42,687 nt of DNA from a virus. This document shows positions 6,359 to 14,134 of the stretch, piece by piece. Under the pieces are notes generated by a model. The model saw only the letters and a program-made list of their open reading frames with translations. It was not told where the DNA came from and searched no databases. Position numbers and translations under genes: made by a program. The stretch is from positions 1-42,687 of IMG/VR virus record IMGVR_UViG_3300017424_000002; one strand, written 5' to 3'. How positions within the stretch are numbered: the stretch's first letter is position 1; each line of letters opens with the position of its first letter.

Positions 6359-8148
6359 TGCTCCGCCCCTACCAGCAATCCGCCTGCGACGCCGCCCTAT
6401 CCTACATGCGCACCACCACCAGCCCGTGCCTGATCGATGCAGCGCCCGCGGCCGGCAAGAGCCACATGATCGCGCATATCGCCGATGCCCTTCACAGGAT
6501 GTCAGGCGGCAAGCGCATCCTGTGCCTCGCACCTAACGCCAAGCTGGTGCATCAGAACCGAGAGAAGATGCAGGCGACGGGGCATCCGTCGTCGATCTTC
6601 TCCGCAAGCGCGGGCGCTAAATCCACGCGCCACCACATCGTGTTCGGCACCCCAGGCACCGTAGTAAACGCCATCAGCCGCTTCAGCGACGGATCGTACT
6701 GCGCCGTGGTGGTGGACGAATGCCACGGTATGACGCCGACCATCCGTGCGATCATCGACGCCATGCGCGCGGGAAACCCTAACCTGCGGGTGCTGGGGCT
6801 GACCGGTACGCCGTACATCTTGGGCAAGGGCTACATTTACCGCCAGCAGCCGGACGGCAAGGTCAACGGCGATGACGTGTGCCGTGATCCGTATTTCACC
6901 AAGGCGGTATACAGGGTGTCCGCGCGGGAGATGCTGGACGCAGGCTACATCACGCCCATGACGGTCGGGCAGATCAATGCGCAGTCCTATGATACCAGTG
7001 GGGTTGTCCTGCTGCCCAACGGTCGCTTGGACGACGCCACGGTGGAACGTGCGTTCGTCGGGCATGGCCGGCAGACGGCGCACGTCGTGGCGGATGTCGT
7101 GGCGCAGGCACAGACCCGCAGCGGCGGTGTGATGCTGTTCGCCGCCACCGTCGCGCACGCGCACGAGATTATGGCCAGCTTACCACCGGGTAACTCCGTG
7201 ATGGTGACGGGCGATATGGACACGGCGGCTGAGAAGCGTGCTGTGACTGCATACCGTTCTATGAAGGTAAGATACGTCGTCTCGGTAGGCAAGCTCACCA
7301 CGGGCTTTGACGCTCCTTGGACCGAGATCATCGCCGTTCTCCGCTACACCGAGTCCGCTACGCTGTTGACGCAGATACTGGGGCGGGCATGGCGGCTATA
7401 CCCAGAGAAAAAAGACTGTCTGTGGCTGGACTACGCCGGCAACCACGATCGCCACTTTCCTAGCGGCGACATCTACACGCCCACCATCAAGGCCGGCAAG
7501 GCAGCTGAGAAGGGCGAACCCGTCGCGGCGGAGTGCCCGTCCTGCGGCTATGAGAACGCCTTCACGCGCCACAAGGACGCAGAGGGCTACACCCTTGATA
7601 CCAACGGCTATTGCTTGGACGTGTGGGGTGCGCGGGTCGAGACGGATTTTGGGCCGATGCCGGGGCATACGGGGAGAAGGTGCAATGGCTTGGTAAAAGC
7701 CGGTGCGCAGTACGATCGTTGCGGATATTTCTGGACGAGCCGCGTCTGTGAGGCTTGCGGCGAAAAAAACGATATTGCCGCTAGGTATTGCCGTAGTTGC
7801 AAAAACGAGCTGGTTGACCCTAACGCCAAGCTGACGATTGAATTTGAGGCAACAAAACGCAATCCTTATGAGCCGCAGACCGATCAAATACTGTCTATGG
7901 TTACCAAGGAATCTGTCTCACAAAGGGGAAACCCGACCGTTAGAGTGGATTGGGTGACGCCATATAGGAAATTTAGTGTTTGGTTTTCACCAGAAGCGAC
8001 TCATCCAAAAGCAAAAGCAGATTGGATTCGTTTCCAGCAGGCGACGAAAAACTGTCAGCCTGAAACAATTTCGTATGTAAAAGAAAAAAGCGGCTTTTTT
8101 CGCGTGCTTGCTTTTGGCCAGCCAATTGATATGCTGGAGGCAGCATGA
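6358..8148 (+). CDS. Superfamily-2 DEAD/DEAH-box DNA helicase with C-terminal zinc ribbons
   Basis: 596 aa. Motifs seen are LRPYQ, Walker A AAPAAGKSH, DEAH box VVVDECH and LTGTPY. Zinc ribbons are CPSCGYEN and CEACGEKNDIAARYCRSCKNEL. About the last 130 codons are AT-rich, like the downstream GIY-YIG gene. Confidence 0.85.
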   Translation: MLRPYQQSACDAALSYMRTTTSPCLIDAAPAAGKSHMIAHIADALHRMSGGKRILCLAPNAKLVHQNREKMQATGHPSSIFSASAGAKSTRHHIVFGTPGTVVNAISRFSDGSYCAVVVDECHGMTPTIRAIIDAMRAGNPNLRVLGLTGTPYILGKGYIYRQQPDGKVNGDDVCRDPYFTKAVYRVSAREMLDAGYITPMTVGQINAQSYDTSGVVLLPNGRLDDATVERAFVGHGRQTAHVVADVVAQAQTRSGGVMLFAATVAHAHEIMASLPPGNSVMVTGDMDTAAEKRAVTAYRSMKVRYVVSVGKLTTGFDAPWTEIIAVLRYTESATLLTQILGRAWRLYPEKKDCLWLDYAGNHDRHFPSGDIYTPTIKAGKAAEKGEPVAAECPSCGYENAFTRHKDAEGYTLDTNGYCLDVWGARVETDFGPMPGHTGRRCNGLVKAGAQYDRCGYFWTSRVCEACGEKNDIAARYCRSCKNELVDPNAKLTIEFEATKRNPYEPQTDQILSMVTKESVSQRGNPTVRVDWVTPYRKFSVWFSPEATHPKAKADWIRFQQATKNCQPETISYVKEKSGFFRVLAFGQPIDMLEAA

Positions 8149-8822
8149 GAAAAGACTTCTACGTATATGCACATCACAAGAAAAGTGACGGATCAATTTT
8201 TTACATTGGTAAAGGGACGGGTGGTCGAGCTCGGAACCCCGGTGGCAGATCGATTTATTGGCGACGCATTGTAGCCAAGCATGGCCACACAATCCGCATT
8301 GTCAAAAAAGAAATGCCAGAACCCTGCGCACTGTCGTTGGAGCGCGCTTTGATCGCTGCTCATGGCAGGCCAAATCTTTCTAATCTGACTGATGGTGGTG
8401 ATGGCGTTTCAGGCATATCTGAAGCAAACCGGCTCGCTAAAGCAAACCGCGTGTCTTTCAGAAATAACCCAAACGCTGACCGTCGAAGGTTTGAATTTTA
8501 TCACAAAGACTATGGCTTGGTTATAGGGCCTAAATGCCTTTTTCGAAAAGCATTTGGCATGGAAAGCACCCATGTATCTCGCCTAACAAGCGGGAAAATG
8601 AAGAGTGTAAACGGATGGTCTCTTTCTGAAAATATAGGCGCATCCATTCGCAAATCTGGCCCTAACGACCCTAGCATTTCTAAGCGCTATAGGCACAACG
8701 ATGGAAGAATTTGGGAAGGTCATCCTCATTTTTTTGTAAAAGAGTTTGGGCTTAACGTTGGTAGCCTTCACCGCTTACACAAAGGACTGGTCAATTCTCA
8801 CAAAGGATGGAGCCTCACATGA
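8145..8822 (+). CDS. GIY-YIG homing endonuclease with two C-terminal NUMOD-like repeats
   Basis: 225 aa. The GIY-YIG core is FYVYAH...GSIFYIGKG...RSIYWRR...LERALI. Two repeats of about 45 aa end in VNGWSL and HKGWSL. The gene is AT-rich and has ATGA overlaps at both ends. Confidence 0.8.
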   Translation: MRKDFYVYAHHKKSDGSIFYIGKGTGGRARNPGGRSIYWRRIVAKHGHTIRIVKKEMPEPCALSLERALIAAHGRPNLSNLTDGGDGVSGISEANRLAKANRVSFRNNPNADRRRFEFYHKDYGLVIGPKCLFRKAFGMESTHVSRLTSGKMKSVNGWSLSENIGASIRKSGPNDPSISKRYRHNDGRIWEGHPHFFVKEFGLNVGSLHRLHKGLVNSHKGWSLT

Positions 8823-9235
8823 AATTCCCCGAATGGCTCCCGACCTACGGCGACACCGCGTTCCGTGGTAAATGCCCGCTGGAATCGCTGGAACAGGTAT
8901 CGGTGTTCAACCGCCTGCGCCGCGAATACCCCGATGATTGGGGTGTGCTGGCGTTTCACCCGCGCAACGAACAGTTGCTATCAGGTGGCCAGTTCGCCGC
9001 CATGGTGAAGCACAAAGCGGAAGGCATGACGCCGGGCGTGGTCGATCTGATTATCCCGGCGCGAGTGCCGCTAGTAATGGAGATCAAGCGACGCGATCAT
9101 ACGCTGTCCAAGTGGCAACCCGGACAGATTCCGTACCTGGAGGCAGCGAAGAAAGCAGGCGCCTTTGCCTGCGTCGCGCTGGGGGCGCTGGGGGCTTGGG
9201 AGGCGTTTGAGGAGTGGCTATGCCGCCTGAAGTAA
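8819..9235 (+). CDS. VRR-NUC domain nuclease
   Basis: 138 aa counted from the ATG that overlaps the upstream stop (the track start at 8807 is also possible). The PD-(D/E)XK block is GVVDLIIPARVPLVMEIKR. Confidence 0.7.
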   Translation: MKFPEWLPTYGDTAFRGKCPLESLEQVSVFNRLRREYPDDWGVLAFHPRNEQLLSGGQFAAMVKHKAEGMTPGVVDLIIPARVPLVMEIKRRDHTLSKWQPGQIPYLEAAKKAGAFACVALGALGAWEAFEEWLCRLK

Positions 9236-9468
9236 GACCACCCTCATGGTGGCTAAACGAAGTGCTATCGGGTCGCATCCACATGGATGCGGCCCCTGCA
9301 TCCGTACGCTCATGGGCACGCTTCCCCATATTTCAGGGCGCGCGCGAAATCGTGCTGATGGAAACGCAGGACGAAAGAAAAGCCGCAATAGCCCGTATCC
9401 CGGTGCTGGTGCGGCCTTTTGTGGAGGGGGAGATTAAACGTATCTGGTCTATAAGACGGGAGTTGTAA
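9220..9468 (+). CDS. Hypothetical protein
   Basis: 82 aa. The ATG is preceded by SD GAGGAG. The 3' end overlaps the convergent gene 9449..9781 by 20 nt. Confidence 0.55.
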   Translation: MPPEVRPPSWWLNEVLSGRIHMDAAPASVRSWARFPIFQGAREIVLMETQDERKAAIARIPVLVRPFVEGEIKRIWSIRREL

Positions 9469-9781
9469 TCATCCCCGCCATCTGCAACGCTTCCGCCATC
9501 TTGCCTGCATCGTTGATCCAGTGCCGGCCGGTTTCGAGGTGGCGCTTCAACATTCTTTGGCACCCCATCATTGCATCAAATCGCTCTATCTCAGTGCCTT
9601 TGGCGCCGGGTCCACCGCCGGGCAATTGCTTGCGCACGCCATCCTGCATCAGTCGAACGATCGCGCGGCGGCAATCCTTCTCGCTGGCGAACAACCCCTG
9701 TGCAGTCAGGTAACGCTTGGCATCTGGACCGCTGCGGATCATGCAGGCGTCTTCGATCTGCTCTTGTGTTGCGGGAATCAT
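9449..9781 (-). CDS. Hypothetical protein (last gene of the embedded minus cassette)
   Basis: 110 aa from the internal ATG (MIPATQEQIEDAC...), which overlaps the upstream stop (ATGA). Confidence 0.55.
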   Translation of the reverse strand: MIPATQEQIEDACMIRSGPDAKRYLTAQGLFASEKDCRRAIVRLMQDGVRKQLPGGGPGAKGTEIERFDAMMGCQRMLKRHLETGRHWINDAGKMAEALQMAGMITTPVL

Positions 9782-10050
9782 CTCGTTTCGTCCTCTCGTC
9801 CATAGATGGTTGTGTTGACGGCCACCGCTCCAACAGCGGCCGAGTTCTCGTCTGCGATCTCTGCGGCCCATCGGTTCAAATCGCGCTGGCAGATCGGCAT
9901 GTCCGGTGACATGGCCGCGATGCGGCGGATGAAGGCTTGCGTCATGCCTAGGTAGGGAGATTGCAGCGTCTCCCTCACCTTGTACGTCGCCGGCACGCCG
10001 CAGTGTTCACAGGGGATTGGGGGGATTTGCCCAAACAGGGTCAACCCCAC
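9778..10050 (-). CDS. Hypothetical protein
   Basis: 90 aa with a GTG start. It contains CEHCG and a later Cys, and overlaps both neighbouring genes. Confidence 0.5.
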   Translation of the reverse strand: MGLTLFGQIPPIPCEHCGVPATYKVRETLQSPYLGMTQAFIRRIAAMSPDMPICQRDLNRWAAEIADENSAAVGAVAVNTTIYGREDETR

Positions 10051-10607
10051 TGCTCAGCCATTGCATCCGCGATGCCCTGATACGTTCGGCTGCGTTCCTT
10101 CCACCGATTAGGCCCCGGCGGCATCTTGTGGATGCGGTCAGAGCGCCCTTCAACGATGTTAGTCGGCACCAGTTTGGGCAGCTCTTTCAGCCACAGGCAC
10201 GTTGCCTTCGTATCGCCATGCCCGAACTGCCACGGCTGAATAATCTGGTCCGGCTTGCGTATTTTGCTGCTGATGATGCTGATGGGGTTTTCGAGGGCGA
10301 TGCGGGGGATGGGGGCATCCAACAACGCCTGCACGAATTCCAGTGCGCGCTGCTGGCGACCGTCCGCGATTTTCTCCGCAAAATGACGGGCACCGCTGAC
10401 GGCCAGATCGGTGCAGGGCGGGTGGGCAATCATCAGGTCCCATCCCATTTCAACGAATTCCCATATGTCACCGGGATGCCGGCAATGCAGATGAAACAGC
10501 GGATTCCCCTCCGTTTCCAGCAGATCGCACGACCAAGCATCATGCCCACGACGGGCAAACGCATCACGCACCGTGGCGGAATATTCGCAGGCTACGAGTA
10601 CGCGCAT
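10041..10607 (-). CDS. Short DNA cytosine-C5 methyltransferase-like protein (no recognisable target-recognition domain)
   Basis: 188 aa from the ATG in GTGATG. The motif IV-like catalytic block is AHPPCTDLAVSG, the motif VI-like block is IALENPIS, and the C-terminus RSRTYQGIADAMAEQW resembles the motif IX/X region. A glycine-rich SAM motif I is not evident. Confidence 0.5.
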   Translation of the reverse strand: MRVLVACEYSATVRDAFARRGHDAWSCDLLETEGNPLFHLHCRHPGDIWEFVEMGWDLMIAHPPCTDLAVSGARHFAEKIADGRQQRALEFVQALLDAPIPRIALENPISIISSKIRKPDQIIQPWQFGHGDTKATCLWLKELPKLVPTNIVEGRSDRIHKMPPGPNRWKERSRTYQGIADAMAEQWG

Positions 10608-11014
10608 CACAACACCTCCACATGAAGGGAGGGGGTGTTGCGGGCCATATCCTGAAGCCGTGTCAAGAATGCTGTGAAAGTGTCGGCATCCATCTTACGC
10701 GCAGTGAGGCTCATTTCTTCGCACAGCGCAGATATGTCGCGCCAGCGGCGGCGCTTTTTTGCACCTTCAATCAGGCACGTAGCCTGCTCTTCAGAAATCA
10801 CGCACTCACGAGAGTATCCTGATACGCCCATTACATCCCCGCGTTTCGTGAACCGGGTTTCGACATCGCCGCGTTTAGCTAAGACCTGACCGGACGGCGT
10901 TACCTTGCTGACGGTATAACTGCGTGCGCTGTAATCGCTCCAACCATCCGCTATGCGTAGCCAAAGGCGATCTCCGGGCTTGTATGCGTGAGGATCGAAC
11001 TTCCAATCGGTCAT
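10607..11014 (-). CDS. Hypothetical protein
   Basis: 135 aa from the internal ATG (MTDWKFDPHAYKPGD...), which overlaps the upstream stop (ATGA). The longer track ORF extends upstream in a different frame from gene 11011..11211, which it would overlap. Confidence 0.55.
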   Translation of the reverse strand: MTDWKFDPHAYKPGDRLWLRIADGWSDYSARSYTVSKVTPSGQVLAKRGDVETRFTKRGDVMGVSGYSRECVISEEQATCLIEGAKKRRRWRDISALCEEMSLTARKMDADTFTAFLTRLQDMARNTPSLHVEVL

Positions 11015-11211
11015 GCTTGCTCTCCATAAAGCTCTGGAACCTGCACGCCATGCACCGCCGCCAACGTAGCAGCGGACTTGACGTAATAGCTGGGAATGCC
11101 GCGCGACTTCCAATTGGAGTAGGCTGCGGTCTTGATGTTGAAGTGGGACATGACCCTGGCTCGACCGATGCGATCCAGGGCGGCTGCGTGAGGGTGAGGG
11201 TTTTTGCTCAT
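11011..11211 (-). CDS. Cro/YdaS-like helix-turn-helix regulator
   Basis: 66 aa from the ATG (MSKNPHPHAAALDRIGRARVMSHFNIKTAAYSNWKSRGIPSYY...). No SD is present, so the transcript may be leaderless. An upstream GTG at 11271 is an alternative start. Confidence 0.45.
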   Translation of the reverse strand: MSKNPHPHAAALDRIGRARVMSHFNIKTAAYSNWKSRGIPSYYVKSAATLAAVHGVQVPELYGEQA

Positions 11212-11261
11212 GGCAGCGGCATAACACCAGTCACGATCGTACACAAGCGTGTAATTAGGGC

Positions 11262-11290
11262 TTGACGCCACCCTCGCCCACCGTCATAAC
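11262..11290 (+). promoter_or_regulatory. Putative promoter (TTGACG-N17-CATAAC) for the second plus-strand gene block
   Basis: The sequence gcTTGACGccaccctcgcccaccgtCATAACc lies about 39 nt upstream of the ATG at 11329 and matches the motif at 3038. An 8-bp palindrome ACGATCGT lies at 11233..11240. Confidence 0.5.
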
Positions 11291-11328
11291 CCACCCCATA
11301 GCCGCACCGAAGCGGCGTGGAGATAACC

Positions 11329-11574
11329 ATGGACATAAACACCATCAGGAAGATGCCCGCCCATCGCCAACTCCAGCTTATGCAGGAGATCGCGGCGGGC
11401 GAGGCATTCAACGACCTGACGTTCGTACTGGTGCGCGATCTGGAGCGTATCCTGTCGGCGCTGGAGCTCGACGCCATCGACCAGGCCGCCGCCGAGAACG
11501 ACGCGCGGCATGGAAAGGAGGTGTCGCAGTTGACGCCCTGGATTTCCCGCTCCGGTTTGACGGTGGGATACTGA
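11329..11574 (+). CDS. Hypothetical protein
   Basis: 81 aa. The ATG follows SD GGAGAT. The track start at 11317 is a GTG inside that SD. Confidence 0.55.
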   Translation: MDINTIRKMPAHRQLQLMQEIAAGEAFNDLTFVLVRDLERILSALELDAIDQAAAENDARHGKEVSQLTPWISRSGLTVGY

Positions 11575-11747
11575 TGGAACCCCGTATCCACCGCAGCAAC
11601 ATGCCCGTATATTTGAGAGAGGATATCGAACCGATGGAAGACGTGAGCGGAGAGTTCAACGGCCGGTACAGGCTGGCGACGTGGGCCATGTGCGCCCTCA
11701 TCACCGCTATCTTCTGGTATGCCGTCGCCAAGGCTTTCGGCCTGTGA
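11574..11747 (+). CDS. Small membrane protein (one predicted TM helix)
   Basis: 57 aa: MEPRIHRSNMPVYLREDIEPMEDVSGEFNGRYRLATWAMCALITAIFWYAVAKAFGL. The ATG overlaps the upstream TGA. Confidence 0.5.
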   Translation: MEPRIHRSNMPVYLREDIEPMEDVSGEFNGRYRLATWAMCALITAIFWYAVAKAFGL

Positions 11748-12076
11748 CCGCGCCTCATACCGTAGCCGGGCATACGGCTGGGCCTCATGTTGTAGACGGC
11801 ATAAATCGCGCAACGGTTGTGTCCGGCTTCAACCTGATTTGGGGCAACGGCGAACTGCTGGCTTATGTGGCCCGCGACGCCGATGCCGTGCTGTACGCAG
11901 CCGCAACTGATCTACTGGCCGAGCTGATTGATGTCGTGGAGCGACTTGCGGCGCAGAATGCCGACGACGCCGAATATCTAGAGGCTGCCCTTTCAGGCCC
12001 CCGCGCCGCCATCGCCAAGGCCACCGCCGCCCGTCAGTCCAATGACATGGAAGAGGAGGGGCGGGACAATGGCTGA
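11744..12076 (+). CDS. Hypothetical protein
   Basis: 110 aa with a GTG start overlapping the upstream stop (GTGA). There is no internal ATG until near the C-terminus. Confidence 0.45.
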   Translation: MTAPHTVAGHTAGPHVVDGINRATVVSGFNLIWGNGELLAYVARDADAVLYAAATDLLAELIDVVERLAAQNADDAEYLEAALSGPRAAIAKATAARQSNDMEEEGRDNG

Positions 12077-12245
12077 CGAGACCCCAAACCTGCGGTGGTT
12101 CGAAGCCATCCCGAAATGCCGTTGTGGCAAGCTAGCACAGGGCAAGCTGATGGGAGCGCAGAACGAGTCATACGGCTGGCATTGTCAGCGGTGCGCGGAT
12201 CGCCGCCTGAAGGCGTCTGCCAAGGCGCGAGGTGATGCAGCATGA
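12069..12245 (+). CDS. Small Cys-rich (zinc-binding-like) protein
   Basis: 58 aa with SD GAGGAGG. The Cys motifs are CRCG...CQRC. Confidence 0.5.
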   Translation: MADETPNLRWFEAIPKCRCGKLAQGKLMGAQNESYGWHCQRCADRRLKASAKARGDAA

Positions 12246-12592
12246 TCGACCCGCAAGACCTGCTGCGGCTGGCGGTCTACGATAAGACTGACCGCGAAAT
12301 CAAAGTTGGTGACGTGCTGAAGGTGTACCATTTCACCGGCGCTCGCTGGCGGAAGCGGTATTTCATGTACAAGCAAGTCGTATCTGAAGTCACCCTTGGC
12401 AAAGATGCCAATGCAAGACGGTATCTGCTCGTTTCGCATCTCAATATGAAGCCAGCCGATGGCCGCGATGGCGGATGTTATCTTGCACTTGACGGACAGT
12501 CTTTAGCGGATGTCGAGATCGTGCAGGGCCTTGATTGGCATCATGATCGCGCCCGCGCCCACTCCACCAAGGATACAAGCAATGTCGGATGA
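12242..12592 (+). CDS. Hypothetical protein
   Basis: 116 aa with an ATGA overlap with the upstream gene. Confidence 0.55.
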   Translation: MIDPQDLLRLAVYDKTDREIKVGDVLKVYHFTGARWRKRYFMYKQVVSEVTLGKDANARRYLLVSHLNMKPADGRDGGCYLALDGQSLADVEIVQGLDWHHDRARAHSTKDTSNVG

Positions 12593-13088
12593 TGTGACGC
12601 TACTGCCGTGCCCGTTTTGTGGCAGCAAGCCATTGCTTTTAGGCCTGAAAGCGCCGGAGTTTTGGGTGTCATGCCCGAAGATCGGTTGCAAGGCTGGCAC
12701 GGAAGCATTCGGCGGCAAAAACAAGGCCATTGCCGTTTGGAACCGCCGCGTCACCCCAGCGCCAGATAGTGAGAAGCTGCGGGATGCGCTGGTCGAGGCT
12801 CGCAATGCCCCAATGATCGATCACAGCGGGCAAAAGCGCGGCGTCTATGACGTGCTTGATCGCTTAATTGCCGCCACCCCATCGCCAGATAGCGGTGAGA
12901 GGATGCGGGAGGCGCGACCTGCTGAAAAAGGCAGCTTTACGCCTAATTCCGCCCCCAATTCCGACCAACGCGTCCGCGCTCGTTTTCTTGTGCGCAAGGC
13001 ATTTAATGAGTGGGACGGCTCCGGCTCTTTCCACGATTTGATAGCTGATAGCATGGTCGATTTTGCCCTACAGGAGTCGGCACGATGA
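12582..13088 (+). CDS. Lar-like restriction-alleviation zinc-ribbon domain fused to an unknown extension of about 100 aa
   Basis: 168 aa from the ATG after SD AAGGA. The N-terminus LLPCPFCGSKP...WVSCPKIGCKAGT...KNKAIAVWNRR matches the Lar family pattern. Confidence 0.5.
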   Translation: MSDDVTLLPCPFCGSKPLLLGLKAPEFWVSCPKIGCKAGTEAFGGKNKAIAVWNRRVTPAPDSEKLRDALVEARNAPMIDHSGQKRGVYDVLDRLIAATPSPDSGERMREARPAEKGSFTPNSAPNSDQRVRARFLVRKAFNEWDGSGSFHDLIADSMVDFALQESAR

Positions 13089-14134
13089 CCCCTGCAACGG
13101 ACGCCGCAACCCGCGCGCGTGACATCGCAATCAAGCACGCACTTCCCGGCATCTACGACGGGATTTCAACCCATGCCACACGTCGCGGCGATGCAGATGG
13201 TCGCCCGTACATGGTGGCTCTGCGCGAAGCCATCACCGAAGCGGCCAGCCAGCCGCGCGAGGGGGATGGGCGTACTTACCCCGAACTCCTTTCCTCCGCA
13301 GAGCAGAAAGCCGTTTTGGAGCGCGCAGAGCGGCTGTGGAAGGATTTACAGGCGAATAATCTCGGCGGCTTCTCCGGCATTAACCGGCCGTTCTATATCG
13401 TAGCTGAGTTCAAATCTGTGATCGAGCAGTTTGGCCATCGCGATGTCGGCCTGCGGTGGTCGAAGGATGATCTAGACGCAGCAGCCCTCACCCAGCGACC
13501 GCCCGAACAGGCGGGGGCGGTGCCGGCGGGGTGGAAGCTCGTGCCGGTAGAGCCGACAGAAGAGCAAATCTGGGAAGCTTTGCGCACTGGGATCGGCATG
13601 CAATCAATCTACCGCGCCATGCTCTCCGCCGCCCCGACGCCACCGGATGCGGGGCCGGGGGAGATACCCGCCGGGATGGTGCGGTGGGATGGCCGATACG
13701 GCCCGCCACGTGACGTGGATCACGGCAAGCCCGTCATGCGGCGCAATGGCGAAATGACGGGAACGCCGGTGACGGGCAATGTCTGGTTGCACCTCGCGTC
13801 TCACCCCGGCGCCGACATCATCGCCTACACCCCCAAAGCACCCCCACAGACGCCACCGGATGCGGGGATCGGCAGCGATGGGGCGAGGGAGAACTTCCCG
13901 TTCCCGGTAGAGGGCACTCACGAGTATCTGGCGGGCAAACTGCGGGGCGAGGCGTTCCTACTGTCGGACAGCGTGGACGGGCATCGCAAGCGCATTGACG
14001 TGCGGACCATGGAAAAGGTCGAGATGCCGCGCGACGTGGCCGTCTTGATTGGCGCGATGGACCGTGCCGCCAAGCTGATGCGGGAAGCTGCTGACGCCCT
14101 CGCCACCCAGCCCGGCGATGGAGGGCAATCATGA
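13085..14134 (+). CDS. Hypothetical protein (349 aa)
   Basis: Long ORF with genome-typical codon bias and ATGA overlaps at both ends. A 19-bp direct repeat (13636..13654 and 13849..13867) encodes TPPDAG twice. Confidence 0.6.
   Translation: MTPATDAATRARDIAIKHALPGIYDGISTHATRRGDADGRPYMVALREAITEAASQPREGDGRTYPELLSSAEQKAVLERAERLWKDLQANNLGGFSGINRPFYIVAEFKSVIEQFGHRDVGLRWSKDDLDAAALTQRPPEQAGAVPAGWKLVPVEPTEEQIWEALRTGIGMQSIYRAMLSAAPTPPDAGPGEIPAGMVRWDGRYGPPRDVDHGKPVMRRNGEMTGTPVTGNVWLHLASHPGADIIAYTPKAPPQTPPDAGIGSDGARENFPFPVEGTHEYLAGKLRGEAFLLSDSVDGHRKRIDVRTMEKVEMPRDVAVLIGAMDRAAKLMREAADALATQPGDGGQS

Noticed and set aside
13636-13867. 19-bp direct repeat (gacgccaccggatgcgggg at 13636..13654 and 13849..13867) inside the 349-aa ORF.
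   Set aside because: The copies are in frame (213 nt apart) and simply encode a repeated TPPDAG peptide in Pro-rich linkers. Nothing suggests a recombination site or mobile element.
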